From NCBI GenBank assembly GCA_965219415.1, contig CBDCNP010000002.1:1664001-1728000 (forward strand): DNA of 64,000 nt, read 5' to 3'. The stretch comes from Candidatus Marinacidobacterales bacterium. Lineage in GTDB: Bacteria > Acidobacteriota > Vicinamibacteria > Marinacidobacterales > DATDRI01. This document shows, one piece after another, positions 1-10,916 of this stretch; the first letter of the stretch is position 1; the number at the start of each line of letters is the position of its first letter. Below the pieces are notes generated by a model. That model was not told the origin of the DNA and made no database searches. It saw nothing but the letters and a program-made list of their open reading frames with translations. The position numbers were made by a program, and so were the translations under genes.

Positions 1-85
1 CCGTCAATTCCTCGAGGACGCTCACCACCAAGGCATTCGCCCGGTGCATCTTTGCGAGCTCATTATCGGATCGACGGACGATCAT
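1..85 (-). CDS. map: Methionine aminopeptidase type I (5' part only, runs off window)
   Basis: ATG at 83-85 overlaps adk TGA (ATGA); reads MIVRRSDNELAKMHRANALVVSVLEELT, a Map-like N-terminus; canonical secY-adk-map order. Confidence 0.8.
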   Translation of the reverse strand, partial: MIVRRSDNELAKMHRANALVVSVLEELT

Positions 86-747
86 GACTTTCCACGCTCC
101 CCGACCTTCTGCCCGACCACCGAGGAGAGCCGCTCGAACACAGCTTGTGGACTGCCCTGGCCGTCGACGTTCGCCACCCGATCTCCGTAGTAGTCCAACA
201 AAGGCCTGGTCTGACGATCGTAGACCGCCAGCCGCTCCCGCACCGTATCTTCTTCGTCGTCTGCTCGTTGCGCCAGCCCCTGCCCACAGACATCGCAGAC
301 ATCTGGCTTCTGCGAAGGCTCCCGGTGCACGTTGAAAACCGCCTTGCAGTTCGGACAACTCCGGCGACCAGAAATGCGACGAACCAGCTCCTCCTCATCG
401 ACGCTAATGTTGGCCACGACCACGGCCGGCTCCGAGCGTTCCCCCATGAGCTCGTCGAGCGAGCGCGCTTGGGGAAGCGTTCGCGGATAGCCATCCAAAA
501 TGTATCCCCTGCCGGCGTCGGACTGGGCCAATCGCTCCCGAATGATGCCCAGCATGATGTCGTCACCCACGAGCTGACCGGCTTCCATCACCTTCCTCGC
601 CTCGAGCCCGAGCCTCGTTCCGTCGGCAACCGCCTGCCGAAGGATGTCTCCGGTCGAGATATGAGGCACCTTCAATTCTTCAGAAAGCCTCTCCGCCTGC
701 GTTCCCTTGCCCGCTCCCGGAGGCCCCAAAAGGATCAGCCGCAGCAT
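82..747 (-). CDS. adk: Adenylate kinase (Zn-lid type)
   Basis: GPPGAGKGT P-loop, LDGYPRT, CxxC...CxxC lid. Confidence 0.97.
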   Translation of the reverse strand: MLRLILLGPPGAGKGTQAERLSEELKVPHISTGDILRQAVADGTRLGLEARKVMEAGQLVGDDIMLGIIRERLAQSDAGRGYILDGYPRTLPQARSLDELMGERSEPAVVVANISVDEEELVRRISGRRSCPNCKAVFNVHREPSQKPDVCDVCGQGLAQRADDEEDTVRERLAVYDRQTRPLLDYYGDRVANVDGQGSPQAVFERLSSVVGQKVGERGKS

Positions 748-750
748 GGC

Positions 751-2136
751 CTATCCCCGCCTTCCCCGGACACGCCCTCGCTTCATGAAGCCGTCGTAAT
801 GACGCATGATCAGCTGACTTTCTACCTGCTGGACCGTGTCCATGGCCACACCCACCACGATGAGCAGCGAAGTGCCCCCGAAATAGAACGTCACGTTCAG
901 TCCTTCCGTCACGAAGGTCGGAAGAACCGAGTCGAGAAAGGGCCCAATCACGGGTAAGGGAGCGACCTTGAACCCCGCCAGCAGGAACTCCGGCAAGACG
1001 GCCACCGCAGCCAGATAGAGAGCGCCACCTAGAGTCAGCCGCGTCAGAATCGAATCAATATACTCCGCGGTACGTTTACCAGGTCTTATTCCTGGTATGT
1101 AGCCACCATATTTCCGCATGTTGTCGGCCACATCGTTCGGGTTGAAGATGATGGCGGTGTAAAAGTAACAAAAGAATATGATCGCCGTCACGTACAAGAG
1201 CGTATAGAGTGGCATGCCCCAAGCCAGCTGCTGGGCGATATTTATCATCCAGGGACTATTCGGAAACATCGAGGCAAAGGTTTGCGGCAGGGCGATGATC
1301 GAGCTGGCGAAAATGACCGGGATGACCCCACCGGTATTGACGCGAAGCGGCAAGTGCGTCGACTGCCCCTGATACATCTTCCGTCCCACGACGCGTTTGG
1401 CGTACTGGACGGGAATCCTTCGCTGACCGCGTTCTACGAAAACAATGGCTGCTACTACAACGACCATGAAGGCCGATAGGAGCAAGACCACGAGGATCGA
1501 TTGCTGGCCGGTCTGCAGGTTGCGAACGGTGGTCACAATGGCGGATGGAAAACCCACGACGATCCCAGCAAAGATCAACAAGGACATTCCATTGCCGACG
1601 CCTCGTTCGGTGATTTGTTCCCCCAGCCACATGATGAAGACCGTGCCTGCGGTCAAGGTCAACACCGTCATGAGCGTGAAGCCCAGGCCGGGATCGCTGA
1701 CCAATGTAATCCCACCGGTCAGCGTCGTCTTTTGCAAGAAGGCCGCGATGCCCGCCGACTGGATCACGCTCAACAAAACCGTCCCGTATCGAGTGTACTG
1801 GGTTATCTTCCTCCGCCCCAACTCACCCTCCTTGGAGAGCTTCTCCAAGTAGGGCCACACCACTGTCAATAGCTGCAGGATGATCGAGGCACTGATGTAG
1901 GGCATGATCCCAAGGGCGAACACCGTCACCTTGGAGAGATTGCCTCCCGAGAACATGTCCACGAAGCCGAACCAAGTGTCCCGATTCTGCTCGAAAAACT
2001 CCGTGAGAGCCCTCGCATCGACGCCGGGAGTCGGAACGTGGTTACCAAGGCGATACACGGCTAGCATCGCCAAGGTAAACAACACCCGATTCCTCAAATC
2101 GGGGATGCGAAAGATGTTCTTGAGGCTTTCAATCAC
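751..2136 (-). CDS. secY: Preprotein translocase subunit SecY
   Basis: [19 protein letters not shown]-type motif (GVGNGMSL), [17 protein letters not shown]; GTG start overlapping rplO stop. Confidence 0.98.
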   Translation of the reverse strand: MIESLKNIFRIPDLRNRVLFTLAMLAVYRLGNHVPTPGVDARALTEFFEQNRDTWFGFVDMFSGGNLSKVTVFALGIMPYISASIILQLLTVVWPYLEKLSKEGELGRRKITQYTRYGTVLLSVIQSAGIAAFLQKTTLTGGITLVSDPGLGFTLMTVLTLTAGTVFIMWLGEQITERGVGNGMSLLIFAGIVVGFPSAIVTTVRNLQTGQQSILVVLLLSAFMVVVVAAIVFVERGQRRIPVQYAKRVVGRKMYQGQSTHLPLRVNTGGVIPVIFASSIIALPQTFASMFPNSPWMINIAQQLAWGMPLYTLLYVTAIIFFCYFYTAIIFNPNDVADNMRKYGGYIPGIRPGKRTAEYIDSILTRLTLGGALYLAAVAVLPEFLLAGFKVAPLPVIGPFLDSVLPTFVTEGLNVTFYFGGTSLLIVVGVAMDTVQQVESQLIMRHYDGFMKRGRVRGRRG

Positions 2137-2579
2137 GTGGGCAAAACCTCCGCCCTACCTCCGGCGGCTTCGATCTTGGCACGCGCTGCGGCGCTGAAAC
2201 GATGAGCCTGAACGACAAGGTTCTTCTTCAATTCGCCGTCGCCCAATATCTTGAGCCCATCGCCCAATTTTCGGATGAGACCGGTGGTCTGCAGAAGCTC
2301 AGGCGTCACGACCCTTCCTTCCGGGAATCGCTCCAGGTCACAAACGTTAACGATGGCCAGCTCCTTGGCAAAGTTGTTAACGAAACCACGTTTGGGGAGG
2401 CGTCGGATGAGGGGCATCTGGCCTCCTTCGAATCCATAGCGTCTCGAGTAGCCGGAGCGAGACTTCGCACCCTTGGAACCGCGGCCGGCCGTTTTTCCCG
2501 AGCCGGAGCCAGGACCGCGGCCAATTCTCTTCTTCGTTTTCGTCGCTCCGCGTGCCGGTTTCAACGATTCCAAACTCAT
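2133..2579 (-). CDS. rplO: 50S ribosomal protein L15
   Basis: [35 protein letters not shown]. Confidence 0.98.
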   Translation of the reverse strand: MSLESLKPARGATKTKKRIGRGPGSGSGKTAGRGSKGAKSRSGYSRRYGFEGGQMPLIRRLPKRGFVNNFAKELAIVNVCDLERFPEGRVVTPELLQTTGLIRKLGDGLKILGDGELKKNLVVQAHRFSAAARAKIEAAGGRAEVLPT

Positions 2580-2587
2580 TTCGAACC

Positions 2588-2977
2588 TCAGGCGATAATG
2601 TTCACTAGGTGGGGCACCTTGGCCACCATCCCTCGAATCTCTCGCGTATCTTTCCGCGTCACAATCTGATTCATGCGGCGAAGCCCCAATCCGGCGACCA
2701 CCGCCCGCTGATGCGGGGAGCTACCGATCAGACTGCGCACGAGCTGGATCTGCAAACCCTCAGAAGCCCCTGCCACCTTGGTCCCCGCCGCCGTTTTCTT
2801 GGCGGAAGCCGCCGCGCCAGCTTCGTCGGCAAGCTTGACGGCAGCAACAGGTTTGGCAGCCGTGGCGGTCTTCTTCTTGGCGTTCTGAGCCGGCTTGGCA
2901 TCCTTAGCCGGCTTAGCAGACTCGGCCGTGGCCTTCGCCTTGGCGCTCGGCGACTTCTTCGTCGTCTTCTTGGTCAT
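2588..2977 (-). CDS. rpmD: 50S ribosomal protein L30 with ~70-aa Lys/Ala-rich N-terminal extension
   Basis: C-terminal [11 protein letters not shown]...GLGLRR...[12 protein letters not shown] is L30; lies between rpsE and rplO; alternative GTG start at 2776. Confidence 0.93.
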   Translation of the reverse strand: MTKKTTKKSPSAKAKATAESAKPAKDAKPAQNAKKKTATAAKPVAAVKLADEAGAAASAKKTAAGTKVAGASEGLQIQLVRSLIGSSPHQRAVVAGLGLRRMNQIVTRKDTREIRGMVAKVPHLVNIIA

Positions 2978-3011
2978 ATTCTCGTCATCTAATGGCAGGC
3001 TCTGCCATCAC

Positions 3012-3521
3012 CTATCCTGTTACCTCGGAAAGCTCCTTCCCCCTCAAGCGGGCGACCTCTACCGGGTCTCGGAGCGCTGTGAGTCCTTGCATCGTCGCCT
3101 TCACAACGTTGTGAGGATTCGCCGTTCCAAGTGATTTCGTCAGAATGTCCTTGATTCCCGCCGCCTCGACAACGGCACGCACCGCTCCGCCCGCGATCAC
3201 ACCAGTGCCTTCGGGAGCCGGCTTCAGAAGCACGCGGCCCGCGCCGTACCGCCCGGTAACCATGTGTGGAATGGAAGATCCCGCGAGCGGTACGCGAACG
3301 AGATTCTTCTTAGCGATCTCTATCCCTTTTCGGATGGCAGACGGCACTTCCTTCGCCTTGCCCATGCCGAAACCGACGTGCCCGGCTCCGTCTCCGACGA
3401 CGACCAAGGCACTGAAGGACAGGTTCTTGCCACCCTTGACGACCTTGGTGACTCGATTGATGTTGACAACCTGGTCCTTGAGCTCTAATGAGCCCGAGTC
3501 AATCTTCTGTCGTAATCGCAT
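3012..3521 (-). CDS. rpsE: 30S ribosomal protein S5
   Basis: [23 protein letters not shown]. Confidence 0.98.
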   Translation of the reverse strand: MRLRQKIDSGSLELKDQVVNINRVTKVVKGGKNLSFSALVVVGDGAGHVGFGMGKAKEVPSAIRKGIEIAKKNLVRVPLAGSSIPHMVTGRYGAGRVLLKPAPEGTGVIAGGAVRAVVEAAGIKDILTKSLGTANPHNVVKATMQGLTALRDPVEVARLRGKELSEVTG

Positions 3522-3550
3522 GAAGCTCCTTAGCCCTAAAGCAAGTAGAG

Positions 3551-3910
3551 TTAGAACTTAAGCCCGCCTTCGCGCGCCGCATCTGCCAACGTCCTAACCC
3601 TACCGTGGTATCTGAACCCGTTGCGGTCGAAAACCACTTGCTCGATTCCTTTTTCCTTGCTGCGTTCGGCGATAAGTTTTCCGATCTCGGTGGCAGCCTG
3701 CTTGTTTTGACCCACCTTGCTGGAGAAGTCCTTCTCCAAGCTGCTGGCCGACACCAGGGTTCGGCCCGTGGCATCATCGACCACCTGCGCGTAGATGTGC
3801 TTCAGGCTTCTATAGATGCAAAGACGCGGTCGCTCCGCCGTGCCGGAAAGCTTGCGGCGAATTCGATACTTGATGCGCTGTCGCGCCTGCCCTCTGGTTC
3901 GAACTTTCAT
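3551..3910 (-). CDS. rplR: 50S ribosomal protein L18
   Basis: [28 protein letters not shown]; ATG at 3908-3910 (the ORF-track extension overlaps rplF). Confidence 0.97.
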   Translation of the reverse strand: MKVRTRGQARQRIKYRIRRKLSGTAERPRLCIYRSLKHIYAQVVDDATGRTLVSASSLEKDFSSKVGQNKQAATEIGKLIAERSKEKGIEQVVFDRNGFRYHGRVRTLADAAREGGLKF

Positions 3911-3947
3911 AAAACTCTTCCTAAGTAGGCTAAATAGACAAAGTACG

Positions 3948-4493
3948 CTAAGTAACAGCGGCTCCGGTCTTGCCCGCCTTCTTCTTGAGCACCTCGCCCA
4001 CATAGCGAATGCCCTTCTGCTTGTAGGGATCCGGCTTCCGAAGGTCGCGGATACGGGCCGCGACCTGTCCCACCTGATGCTTGTCGGCACCGGAGACCGT
4101 AATACGGGTTTGTTTCTCGATGTCGATCTCGATGCCGGCAGGTATTTCGAACTCGATGGGATGAGAGTAGCCCAGACTGAACGATACCTTCTTGCCTTCC
4201 ACCTGCGCGCGATACCCGATACCGACGATATCTAGCTGCTTCGAGAACCCCTGGGATACTCCGTGCACGGCGTTGGCCACCAGAGTGCGAGTGAGACCCC
4301 AAAGCGGTCTCAATCCCTTCGAATCCTCGGCGAGAATGGCGCGCAGTTCCCCATTACCCTGCTCGATCCTCACTCCCTTCGCCAGCCGGGTAACCAACTT
4401 GCCCTTCGGTCCTTCCACCTCGATTCGACCTTCGTGGAGAGCTACCTTGACCCCGCTGGGAATAGGAATGGGCTTACGACCGATACGCGACAT
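3948..4493 (-). CDS. rplF: 50S ribosomal protein L6
   Basis: [26 protein letters not shown]. Confidence 0.98.
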   Translation of the reverse strand: MSRIGRKPIPIPSGVKVALHEGRIEVEGPKGKLVTRLAKGVRIEQGNGELRAILAEDSKGLRPLWGLTRTLVANAVHGVSQGFSKQLDIVGIGYRAQVEGKKVSFSLGYSHPIEFEIPAGIEIDIEKQTRITVSGADKHQVGQVAARIRDLRKPDPYKQKGIRYVGEVLKKKAGKTGAAVT

Positions 4494-4499
4494 GAGTTA

Positions 4500-4895
4500 T
4501 CACCAGATGTTGCAAAGAATCTCACCACCCACGCCGTCACGAGTTGCCTGCCTGCCGGTCATGAGACCGCGAGAGGTGGACACGATGTTGATACCCAAAC
4601 CCCCTTGAACTTTGGGGATCTCATTTTTGTTGCAATAAATCCGGCAGCCCGGCCTAGAGACGCGCGCTAGCCCCCGAATCACTTCCTCACCACCCGCGCC
4701 CTTGCGAAAGAAAACTCGCACCATGCCCTGGTGTCGATTCTCGATGAACTTGTAATTCTGAATGTACCCTTCTTCCTTGAGAATCCTAGCCAGCTCCTGT
4801 TTCAGCTTGGAGCCAGGGACGTCGACTTTCGCTTGACGCGCTTGTAGGCCGTTACGAATCCGGGTCAGCATGTCCGCGATCGGATCGGTCATCAT
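4500..4895 (-). CDS. rpsH: 30S ribosomal protein S8
   Basis: [28 protein letters not shown]. Confidence 0.98.
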   Translation of the reverse strand: MMTDPIADMLTRIRNGLQARQAKVDVPGSKLKQELARILKEEGYIQNYKFIENRHQGMVRVFFRKGAGGEEVIRGLARVSRPGCRIYCNKNEIPKVQGGLGINIVSTSRGLMTGRQATRDGVGGEILCNIW

Positions 4896-4907
4896 AATGA
4901 ATCTCTC

Positions 4908-5093
4908 CTACCAGCTGGACTTGATCACGCCGGGGATCTGTCCTTCCAAGGCGAGCTTCCGGAAGCAAAGTCGACACATTGCGAACTTGCGTAGATAAGC
5001 ACGCGGCCTCCCGCAGATACGGCAACGGCTATGACGCCGCACCTCGAACTTGGGAGTCCGTCGCATCTTAGCTATGGATGATTTCTTCGCCAC
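4908..5093 (-). CDS. rpsZ: 30S ribosomal protein S14 type Z (Zn-binding)
   Basis: 61-aa form, CRICGR...CRLCFR, ends KSSW; GTG at 5091-5093. Confidence 0.96.
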   Translation of the reverse strand: MAKKSSIAKMRRTPKFEVRRHSRCRICGRPRAYLRKFAMCRLCFRKLALEGQIPGVIKSSW

Positions 5094-5108
5094 GCTCAAT
5101 TCCCCCGA

Positions 5109-5654
5109 TTACGTTGGTCGCCGAAACGGCATGCCCAGAAGCTCCAGCAGCCTGCGGGCACTTTGATCATCTCCGGCACTAGTACAAAAAGTCACATTCA
5201 TTCCCCGGGCTTGATCCACATGGGAGTAATCGATTTCCGGAAAGATCAATTGATCCTTCAGCCCCAGCGTAAAATTGCCACGGCCGTCGAAAGACCGAAC
5301 CGGCACGCCCCGGAAGTCGCGCACCCTAGGAAGGGCGATATTGAAAAGCCGATCCATGAACTCGTACATTCGGTGACCGCGAAGCGTCACACTGGTCCCC
5401 ACCGGGTTACCGGCGCGAATCTTGAAAGACGCGATCGATTTCTTGGCTCGCCTCATCTCGGGCTTTTGGCCGGTGATGCGACCCAGCTCGTCCATGGCGG
5501 CTTCGAGCAGCTTGATGTTCTGGGATCCCTCTCCGACGCCCATATTAACGACGACTTTTTCCATGCGCGGGATGGCCATGACGTTGTCGATCGCGAGTTC
5601 CTTTTTTAGCTGGGAGACCACCGATTGCCGGTAGTACTCTTGAAGGCGGCTCAT
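5109..5654 (-). CDS. rplE: 50S ribosomal protein L5
   Basis: [30 protein letters not shown]; ATG overlaps rplX TGA. Confidence 0.98.
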   Translation of the reverse strand: MSRLQEYYRQSVVSQLKKELAIDNVMAIPRMEKVVVNMGVGEGSQNIKLLEAAMDELGRITGQKPEMRRAKKSIASFKIRAGNPVGTSVTLRGHRMYEFMDRLFNIALPRVRDFRGVPVRSFDGRGNFTLGLKDQLIFPEIDYSHVDQARGMNVTFCTSAGDDQSARRLLELLGMPFRRPT

Positions 5655-5980
5655 TTGTCTATCACCCCTTCGCACTGGTGGCAGACTCGCACCTTACGTC
5701 CATCGTTGAGGCGACGGTGACGAAGCCGGGTTGGCCGATCGCACTCACTGCACACGATCATCAGATTGCTCACGTCGATGGAGGCCTCCCGCTCCACCAA
5801 ACCGCCCTTGATGTTTTGCTGGGGATTAGGACGGGTATGGCGCTTGATCATGTTGATGCGCTCGACGATCGCGCGATTCCTGGTGGGGAAGATTCTGAGA
5901 ACCTTGCCTCTTTTCCCCCGGTCCCGGCCCGCGATCACCACGACCTGATCATTCTTCCTAACACGAAGTCCGACTGACAC
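5651..5980 (-). CDS. rplX: 50S ribosomal protein L24
   Basis: [20 protein letters not shown] motif; position in cluster. Confidence 0.97.
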   Translation of the reverse strand: MSVGLRVRKNDQVVVIAGRDRGKRGKVLRIFPTRNRAIVERINMIKRHTRPNPQQNIKGGLVEREASIDVSNLMIVCSECDRPTRLRHRRLNDGRKVRVCHQCEGVIDK

Positions 5981-5982
5981 GA

Positions 5983-6351
5983 TTACAAAACCTCTGGCGC
6001 CAACGAAATGATTTTCATGAATTTCTTTTCTCTGAGCTCACGCGCCACCGGTCCGAAGACACGCGTTCCAATTGGCTCTCCCTGATCGTTGATCAAGACC
6101 GCTGCGTTCTTGTCGAAACGAATGTAGGAGCCGTCCCGGCGGCGATGTTCCTTGCGAGTTCTGACGATGACCGCCTTGACCACCGAACCCTTTTTGACGG
6201 CACTCTCTGGCGTCGCTTCCTTGACCGAAGCGGTAATAACGTCACCCAAACGAGCGACCCTTCCCACACCCCCTCCCAGAGGGAGGATGCAAGCGATCCG
6301 TTTGGCCCCCGAGTTATCGGCAACCTCGAGGACGGTTTGCATCTGAATCAT
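5983..6351 (-). CDS. rplN: 50S ribosomal protein L14
   Basis: [28 protein letters not shown]. Confidence 0.98.
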   Translation of the reverse strand: MIQMQTVLEVADNSGAKRIACILPLGGGVGRVARLGDVITASVKEATPESAVKKGSVVKAVIVRTRKEHRRRDGSYIRFDKNAAVLINDQGEPIGTRVFGPVARELREKKFMKIISLAPEVL

Positions 6352-6417
6352 AACTAGGCTCGACTATCCCTTCGTCTACTTGGCGTCTACTTGGCGATTA
6401 CTCGGCTACTACCCTGG

Positions 6418-6714
6418 CTACCCCTTGGTCGAAGCTTTTTCGGTGCCCGTTGCCACGGGCTCTTCATAGACCGCGGAGCTCCTGATGACTTCGGTCACTC
6501 TCCAATGCTTTCGCTTGGAAAGAGGATGGCTCTCCACGATGCGAACGCGGTCACCGACGCGACAGCGGTTTCCCTCATCGTGCGCCATGAAGGTAGAGGT
6601 CTTCTTGAAGGCTCGTTTGTACAGATGGTGCTGAACCAGTCGTTCCACCGCCACTACGACGCTCTTGTCCATTTTGTTGCTAGTCACCACACCGACTTTG
6701 CTTAACTTGGGCAT
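6418..6714 (-). CDS. rpsQ: 30S ribosomal protein S17
   Basis: GVVTSNKMDKSVVV, AHDE, PLSKRKHW. Confidence 0.97.
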   Translation of the reverse strand: MPKLSKVGVVTSNKMDKSVVVAVERLVQHHLYKRAFKKTSTFMAHDEGNRCRVGDRVRIVESHPLSKRKHWRVTEVIRSSAVYEEPVATGTEKASTKG

Positions 6715-6751
6715 CCGGGCACTCTCTCTTGGCTATTCCTAGCTACCTAAC

Positions 6752-6964
6752 TCACTTGGACTCTTGACCTGGCTGATCGCGCTTCCGTTCCACCAGGAGC
6801 GTCTTGACGCGAGCCAGATCCTTGCGCAGGGCTCGCACCTTGCCGGTTTGATCCAGCTGGCCGGTCGCCTTTTGTATGCGCGCGCGAAAGATCTCCTCAC
6901 GGAGATCACCTTCCTTTGCCGTCAACTCCTCGTCACCGAGGTCACGAAACTTTTCCGGCTTCAC
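6752..6964 (-). CDS. rpmC: 50S ribosomal protein L29
   Basis: GTG at 6962-6964 overlapping rplP TGA; ATGQL...RKDLARVKT. Confidence 0.95.
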   Translation of the reverse strand: MKPEKFRDLGDEELTAKEGDLREEIFRARIQKATGQLDQTGKVRALRKDLARVKTLLVERKRDQPGQESK

Positions 6965-7386
6965 CGTTGAGTCTTCTCCTCGAACCGGGCGGCGAACTTC
7001 GTACGGATGGGGAGCTTGTGACCGGCGAGTCTCATGGCTTCGCGTGCCACGTCCTCCGGGACCCCCTCCATTTCGTAAAGGATGCGTCCTGGTCGCACCA
7101 CCGCCACCCAAAACTCGGGGCTGCCTTTGCCCTTACCCATTCGAGTTTCCTGCGGCTTCTTGGTCACCGGCTTGTCCGGAAACACCCGAATCCAAATGCG
7201 ACCGCTACGCTTGATGAACCTGGTGATCGCCACCCGAGCGGCTTCGATCTGCCTATCCGTCAGCCAGCAAGGCTCGAGCGCCTTGAGCCCGTAGTCGCCG
7301 AACACGACGGTATGCCCCCGCCAGGCCTTGCCGCGCATGCGTCCCCGCTGCTGTTTGCGGAACTTAACTTTCTTTGGCATCAACAT
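6961..7386 (-). CDS. rplP: 50S ribosomal protein L16
   Basis: [23 protein letters not shown]. Confidence 0.98.
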   Translation of the reverse strand: MLMPKKVKFRKQQRGRMRGKAWRGHTVVFGDYGLKALEPCWLTDRQIEAARVAITRFIKRSGRIWIRVFPDKPVTKKPQETRMGKGKGSPEFWVAVVRPGRILYEMEGVPEDVAREAMRLAGHKLPIRTKFAARFEEKTQR

Positions 7387-7411
7387 ACGGCAATTCTCCG
7401 TCTATTCAGCG

Positions 7412-8386
7412 TTACTCAGCAGGCTTGGTAGGCTCAGCAGGGGGCGCCGATTCGCTGGCAGGCTTGGCATCACTAGCCGGCTTGGCTTCACTGGCAGCCT
7501 TGGCATCACTAGCCGGCTTGGCTTCACTTACAGGCTTGGCTTCACTGGCAGACGCGACCGCTTCACTAACAGCAGGGGCCGCACCAGGCTCAGCCGGCGT
7601 AGGCGGTGCAGGCGGTTTAACCTTGACCGGTTCGGGCGTCGGGGCAGGTTTTGCAAGCTTGGCCTGAGCAGGCTTGGCAGGCTCGACGCCCCGCGTCGGC
7701 GCAGACGGTTCGCCCGAGCGAGCGCGCCGACCAGGAATCCCCTCACGGAAGGCAGGACCCAATGGGAACGCATCACCATTGTAGATCCAGCATTTGACTC
7801 CGATCTGCCCGTAGGTCGTAAAGGCCTCGGCGAATCCATAGTCGATGTCGGCGCGAAGCGTGTGAAGCGGCAACTGTCCGTTCAGGTACCACTCGGAGCG
7901 CGCAATTTCCGCACCGTTCAACCGTCCCGAGCATCGAACCTTGATGCCCCGGGCTCCGAAACGCATCGTCGAGTCGACCGCCTTTCGCATGGCGCGACGG
8001 AAGGCGATGCGCTTCACCAGCTGGAGTGCGATCGACTCCGCTACCAACTGTGCATCCAGCTCCGGCTTCGCCACCTCGATGATATTGATGTAGACCTCGC
8101 GCTGGGTTCTCGCCTGCACGTCGGTCTTCAATTTGTCTACCTCGGTCCCCTTACGACCGATGATGATCCCGGGTCGCGATGTGTGGACATTGATCTTGAG
8201 CTTGTTGGCGGCCCGCTCGATCTCCACGCGCGAAATGCCCGCGTGAGAGAACCGCTTCTTGAGATCCCGTTTGAGCTTCAGATCCTCGTGCAGCAACTTC
8301 CCGTAGTCCCGCTCTGCGTACCAACGCGAGCGCCAGGTCTTGTTATACCCGAGCCGGAATCCGTACGGATGAACCTTCTGTCCCAT
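7412..8386 (-). CDS. rpsC: 30S ribosomal protein S3 with ~119-aa Pro/Ala/Lys/Glu-rich C-terminal tail
   Basis: [36 protein letters not shown]. Confidence 0.98.
   Translation of the reverse strand: MGQKVHPYGFRLGYNKTWRSRWYAERDYGKLLHEDLKLKRDLKKRFSHAGISRVEIERAANKLKINVHTSRPGIIIGRKGTEVDKLKTDVQARTQREVYINIIEVAKPELDAQLVAESIALQLVKRIAFRRAMRKAVDSTMRFGARGIKVRCSGRLNGAEIARSEWYLNGQLPLHTLRADIDYGFAEAFTTYGQIGVKCWIYNGDAFPLGPAFREGIPGRRARSGEPSAPTRGVEPAKPAQAKLAKPAPTPEPVKVKPPAPPTPAEPGAAPAVSEAVASASEAKPVSEAKPASDAKAASEAKPASDAKPASESAPPAEPTKPAE
7457..7550. repeat. In-frame 18-bp tandem repeat (about 5 units, 36-bp higher-order pair) encoding (A/V)S(E/D)AK(P/A)
   Basis: ggcaggcttggcatcactagccggcttggcttcact at 7457-7492 is nearly identical to 7493-7528. 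Confidence 0.9.
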
Positions 8387-8426
8387 TCAATTCCCCTTGG
8401 CTTGGCCTTCTCTTAGCTTGGCCTTG

Positions 8427-8816
8427 CTATGACGCTCCTTCGCCAGGCTGTCCCCCCAGAGCGCTTTCCTTGTCGGCCACCTGGATGGTCAGGTGAGTCG
8501 TCCGGTGGATGATGCGAAACGCCCTACCCATAGGTGCCGGCCGAATCCTCTTGAACGAGGGGCCCTGATTCGCATAGGCGGCGACAACCACCAGATCATC
8601 CTCGTCGATGCGCTTGGCCTCCTCGAGAGCTTGCTGTTGCGCGTTGGCAATCGCAGAGCGAAGAACCTTCTCCACCAGTCTACAAACCGCCTTATTGGTG
8701 TGTTGGAGAATGGCCAACGCGTCGACGGCTCGCTTACCGCGGATCAGATCGACCACCAACCCCGCCTTCTGAGGCGATCCCCTAACGAATCTGGCCGTCG
8801 CTCTAGCTTGAATCAT
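8427..8816 (-). CDS. rplV: 50S ribosomal protein L22
   Basis: SPQKAGLVVDLIRG, SAIANA, RIRPAPMGRA. Confidence 0.97.
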   Translation of the reverse strand: MIQARATARFVRGSPQKAGLVVDLIRGKRAVDALAILQHTNKAVCRLVEKVLRSAIANAQQQALEEAKRIDEDDLVVVAAYANQGPSFKRIRPAPMGRAFRIIHRTTHLTIQVADKESALGGQPGEGAS

Positions 8817-8839
8817 CTCTAGTCTCTCTCGATCTCCCC

Positions 8840-9142
8840 TTAACTAGATTTAGCGGCTGCAGCTACCTGCGCCGCCTTCTCGGCCTTTGTCGTGTGACCG
8901 CGGAAGATTCTAGTGGGCGAGAACTCACCGAGCTTGTGGCCCACCATGTTCTCGGTGACGTAGACCGGGATAAACTTCCTCCCGTTGTGAACCGCAAGCG
9001 TGTGGCCGACCATCTCCGGAGTGACGGTCGAACGACGCGACCAGGTCTTGATGACCTTCTTCTCGCCCCGCTGGTTCATGTTGTCGATCTTCTTCATGAG
9101 GCTATCATCAACAAAAGCACCTTTTTTTAACGATCGAGTCAT
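8840..9142 (-). CDS. rpsS: 30S ribosomal protein S19
   Basis: [21 protein letters not shown]. Confidence 0.98.
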   Translation of the reverse strand: MTRSLKKGAFVDDSLMKKIDNMNQRGEKKVIKTWSRRSTVTPEMVGHTLAVHNGRKFIPVYVTENMVGHKLGEFSPTRIFRGHTTKAEKAAQVAAAAKSS

Positions 9143-9163
9143 TACGCTTTTCCTAAACTAGAA

Positions 9164-9991
9164 TCACTTCTGACGACGGCGACGGATGATTAAACCGTCA
9201 GTACGTTTGTTGTTACGGGTCTTATAGCCCTTGGTCGGAACTCCCCAAGGAGTCGAGGGATGTCGGCCTCCCGCCGTCCGGCCTTCACCTCCGCCATGAG
9301 GATGGTCCACTGGATTCATGGTCACGCCGCGGTTATGTGGGCGTCGTCCCAGCCAACGCCTGCGACCCGCCTTGCCATAAGTAGTGTTCTCGTGATCTAG
9401 GTTACCCACCTGCCCAATCGTCGCCCGGCAGCTCCGACGAACCTTTCGGACCTCCCCCGAAGGCAGTTTCACATGCGCGTAAGCGCCTTCCTTCGCCACC
9501 AGCTGCACGCTGGCGCCGGCGCTGCGGGCCATTTGTCCACCTTTGCCCGGTTTGAGCTCCACGTTGTGGATGATCGTGCCCAGGGGAATGGATTCGATGG
9601 GCAAGCAATTGCCGGGGAGAATATCGGCGGTGCTACTCGAAACGACGGTCGCTCCGACTTCCAGTCCCGTAGGTTGCAAGATGTAGCGCTTTTCCCCGTC
9701 CGCATAATGTAAGCGCGCGATCCTCGCCGACCGGTTGGGATCGTACTCGATCGCCGCCACTTTTGCCGGTACTCCCTCTTTGTCCCGCTTGAAATCGATG
9801 ATCCGGTATCGACGCTTGTGACCACCACCGCGAAACCAGGACGTTATCCGCCCGTTGGAGCTGCGTCCACCGCTCCTCTTCTTGGACTCCGTCAAGGATT
9901 TGAGAGGTCGTTCGGTGGTCAGTTCGTCGAACGTTTGAACCGTGAGGAACCGCCGTCCCGGCGACGTAGGGCTGAATTTCTTCACTCCCAT
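9164..9991 (-). CDS. rplB: 50S ribosomal protein L2
   Basis: [22 protein letters not shown]. Confidence 0.99.
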   Translation of the reverse strand: MGVKKFSPTSPGRRFLTVQTFDELTTERPLKSLTESKKRSGGRSSNGRITSWFRGGGHKRRYRIIDFKRDKEGVPAKVAAIEYDPNRSARIARLHYADGEKRYILQPTGLEVGATVVSSSTADILPGNCLPIESIPLGTIIHNVELKPGKGGQMARSAGASVQLVAKEGAYAHVKLPSGEVRKVRRSCRATIGQVGNLDHENTTYGKAGRRRWLGRRPHNRGVTMNPVDHPHGGGEGRTAGGRHPSTPWGVPTKGYKTRNNKRTDGLIIRRRRQK

Positions 9992-9997
9992 AGTTTC

Positions 9998-10288
9998 TTA
10001 GACCCCCTCGAAGAATTCGATCATTTTTTCTCCCTTACGGAGAGTGACGAAGGCTTTCTTCCAATCCGGCCGTTTTCCCTCGAATCGACCGTAGCGCTTC
10101 ATCTTGCCGCGCATCGAGACGGTGCGCACCGAGGACACCTTGACGCCGAACAACTGTTCCACCGCTAGGCGAATTTCGGACTTGGTGGCCGCGGTGGCGA
10201 CTTCGAAACAAAGCGTGCGTCCATCTTCTTTGAGCAGGGTCGTCTTTTCGGTAATGAGGGGCCCCCGAATGACGTCCATCACATTCAT
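9998..10288 (-). CDS. rplW: 50S ribosomal protein L23
   Basis: PLITEK, WKKAFVTL. Confidence 0.97.
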   Translation of the reverse strand: MNVMDVIRGPLITEKTTLLKEDGRTLCFEVATAATKSEIRLAVEQLFGVKVSSVRTVSMRGKMKRYGRFEGKRPDWKKAFVTLRKGEKMIEFFEGV

Positions 10289-10911
10289 GAGCCGAGCCTC
10301 TGTTCGAGGTGCGTGGCCGCGTCCTCTGAGAGGAAAACATGTCGAGCCGCCAAAACCTCGTAGGTATGTAGGCCCGCCACCGACCGCACTTCCACCCCCG
10401 GCAGATTTCTGGCCGACAACAAGAGCTCGCGGTTCGGCTTGACATCAACCAGCAATATCCTCTTTGTGGCTCCGAGCTCGTCGAGCTGCTCACGTAGCCG
10501 TTTGGTGCTAGGTTTCTCGAGCTCGAACTCGCTGACTACCAGGACCGCTCCTTGGCTGGCCCGAAGCGAGAGGGCCGAGCGAAGCGCCCCCCTCTGAACC
10601 TTTCCCGACAGCTTGAACGAGTAACTCCGAGGCAGAGGACCGAAAACGATTCCACCGCCCCGCCAAATAGGCGTCCGGGTGCTGCCAACTCGCGCGCGGC
10701 CGGTACCTTTCTGCCTCCAAGGCTTCCTTCCGCCGCCCGAAACGAGCCCGCGAGTCTTGGTGGCGTGCGTACCGCGTCGCTGCCGGGCGCGAAAGTGTTT
10801 CACCGCCTCGTATAGAAGATGACGGTTTGGCTTGACCCCAAAAACGGCGTCACTCAAAACCCGCTCGCCGCGGTTCTTGCCTGCGATGTCTACCAACGGG
10901 ACGCTTGGCAT
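10285..10911 (-). CDS. rplD: 50S ribosomal protein L4
   Basis: KPWRQKGTGRARVG, WRGGGIVFGP. Confidence 0.98.
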   Translation of the reverse strand: MPSVPLVDIAGKNRGERVLSDAVFGVKPNRHLLYEAVKHFRARQRRGTHATKTRGLVSGGGRKPWRQKGTGRARVGSTRTPIWRGGGIVFGPLPRSYSFKLSGKVQRGALRSALSLRASQGAVLVVSEFELEKPSTKRLREQLDELGATKRILLVDVKPNRELLLSARNLPGVEVRSVAGLHTYEVLAARHVFLSEDAATHLEQRLGS

Positions 10912-10916
10912 AGGAG

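Noticed and set aside
6352-7550. Short repeats as a CRISPR array
   Set aside because: Units are 7-18 bp in tandem with no unique spacers, and there are no cas genes
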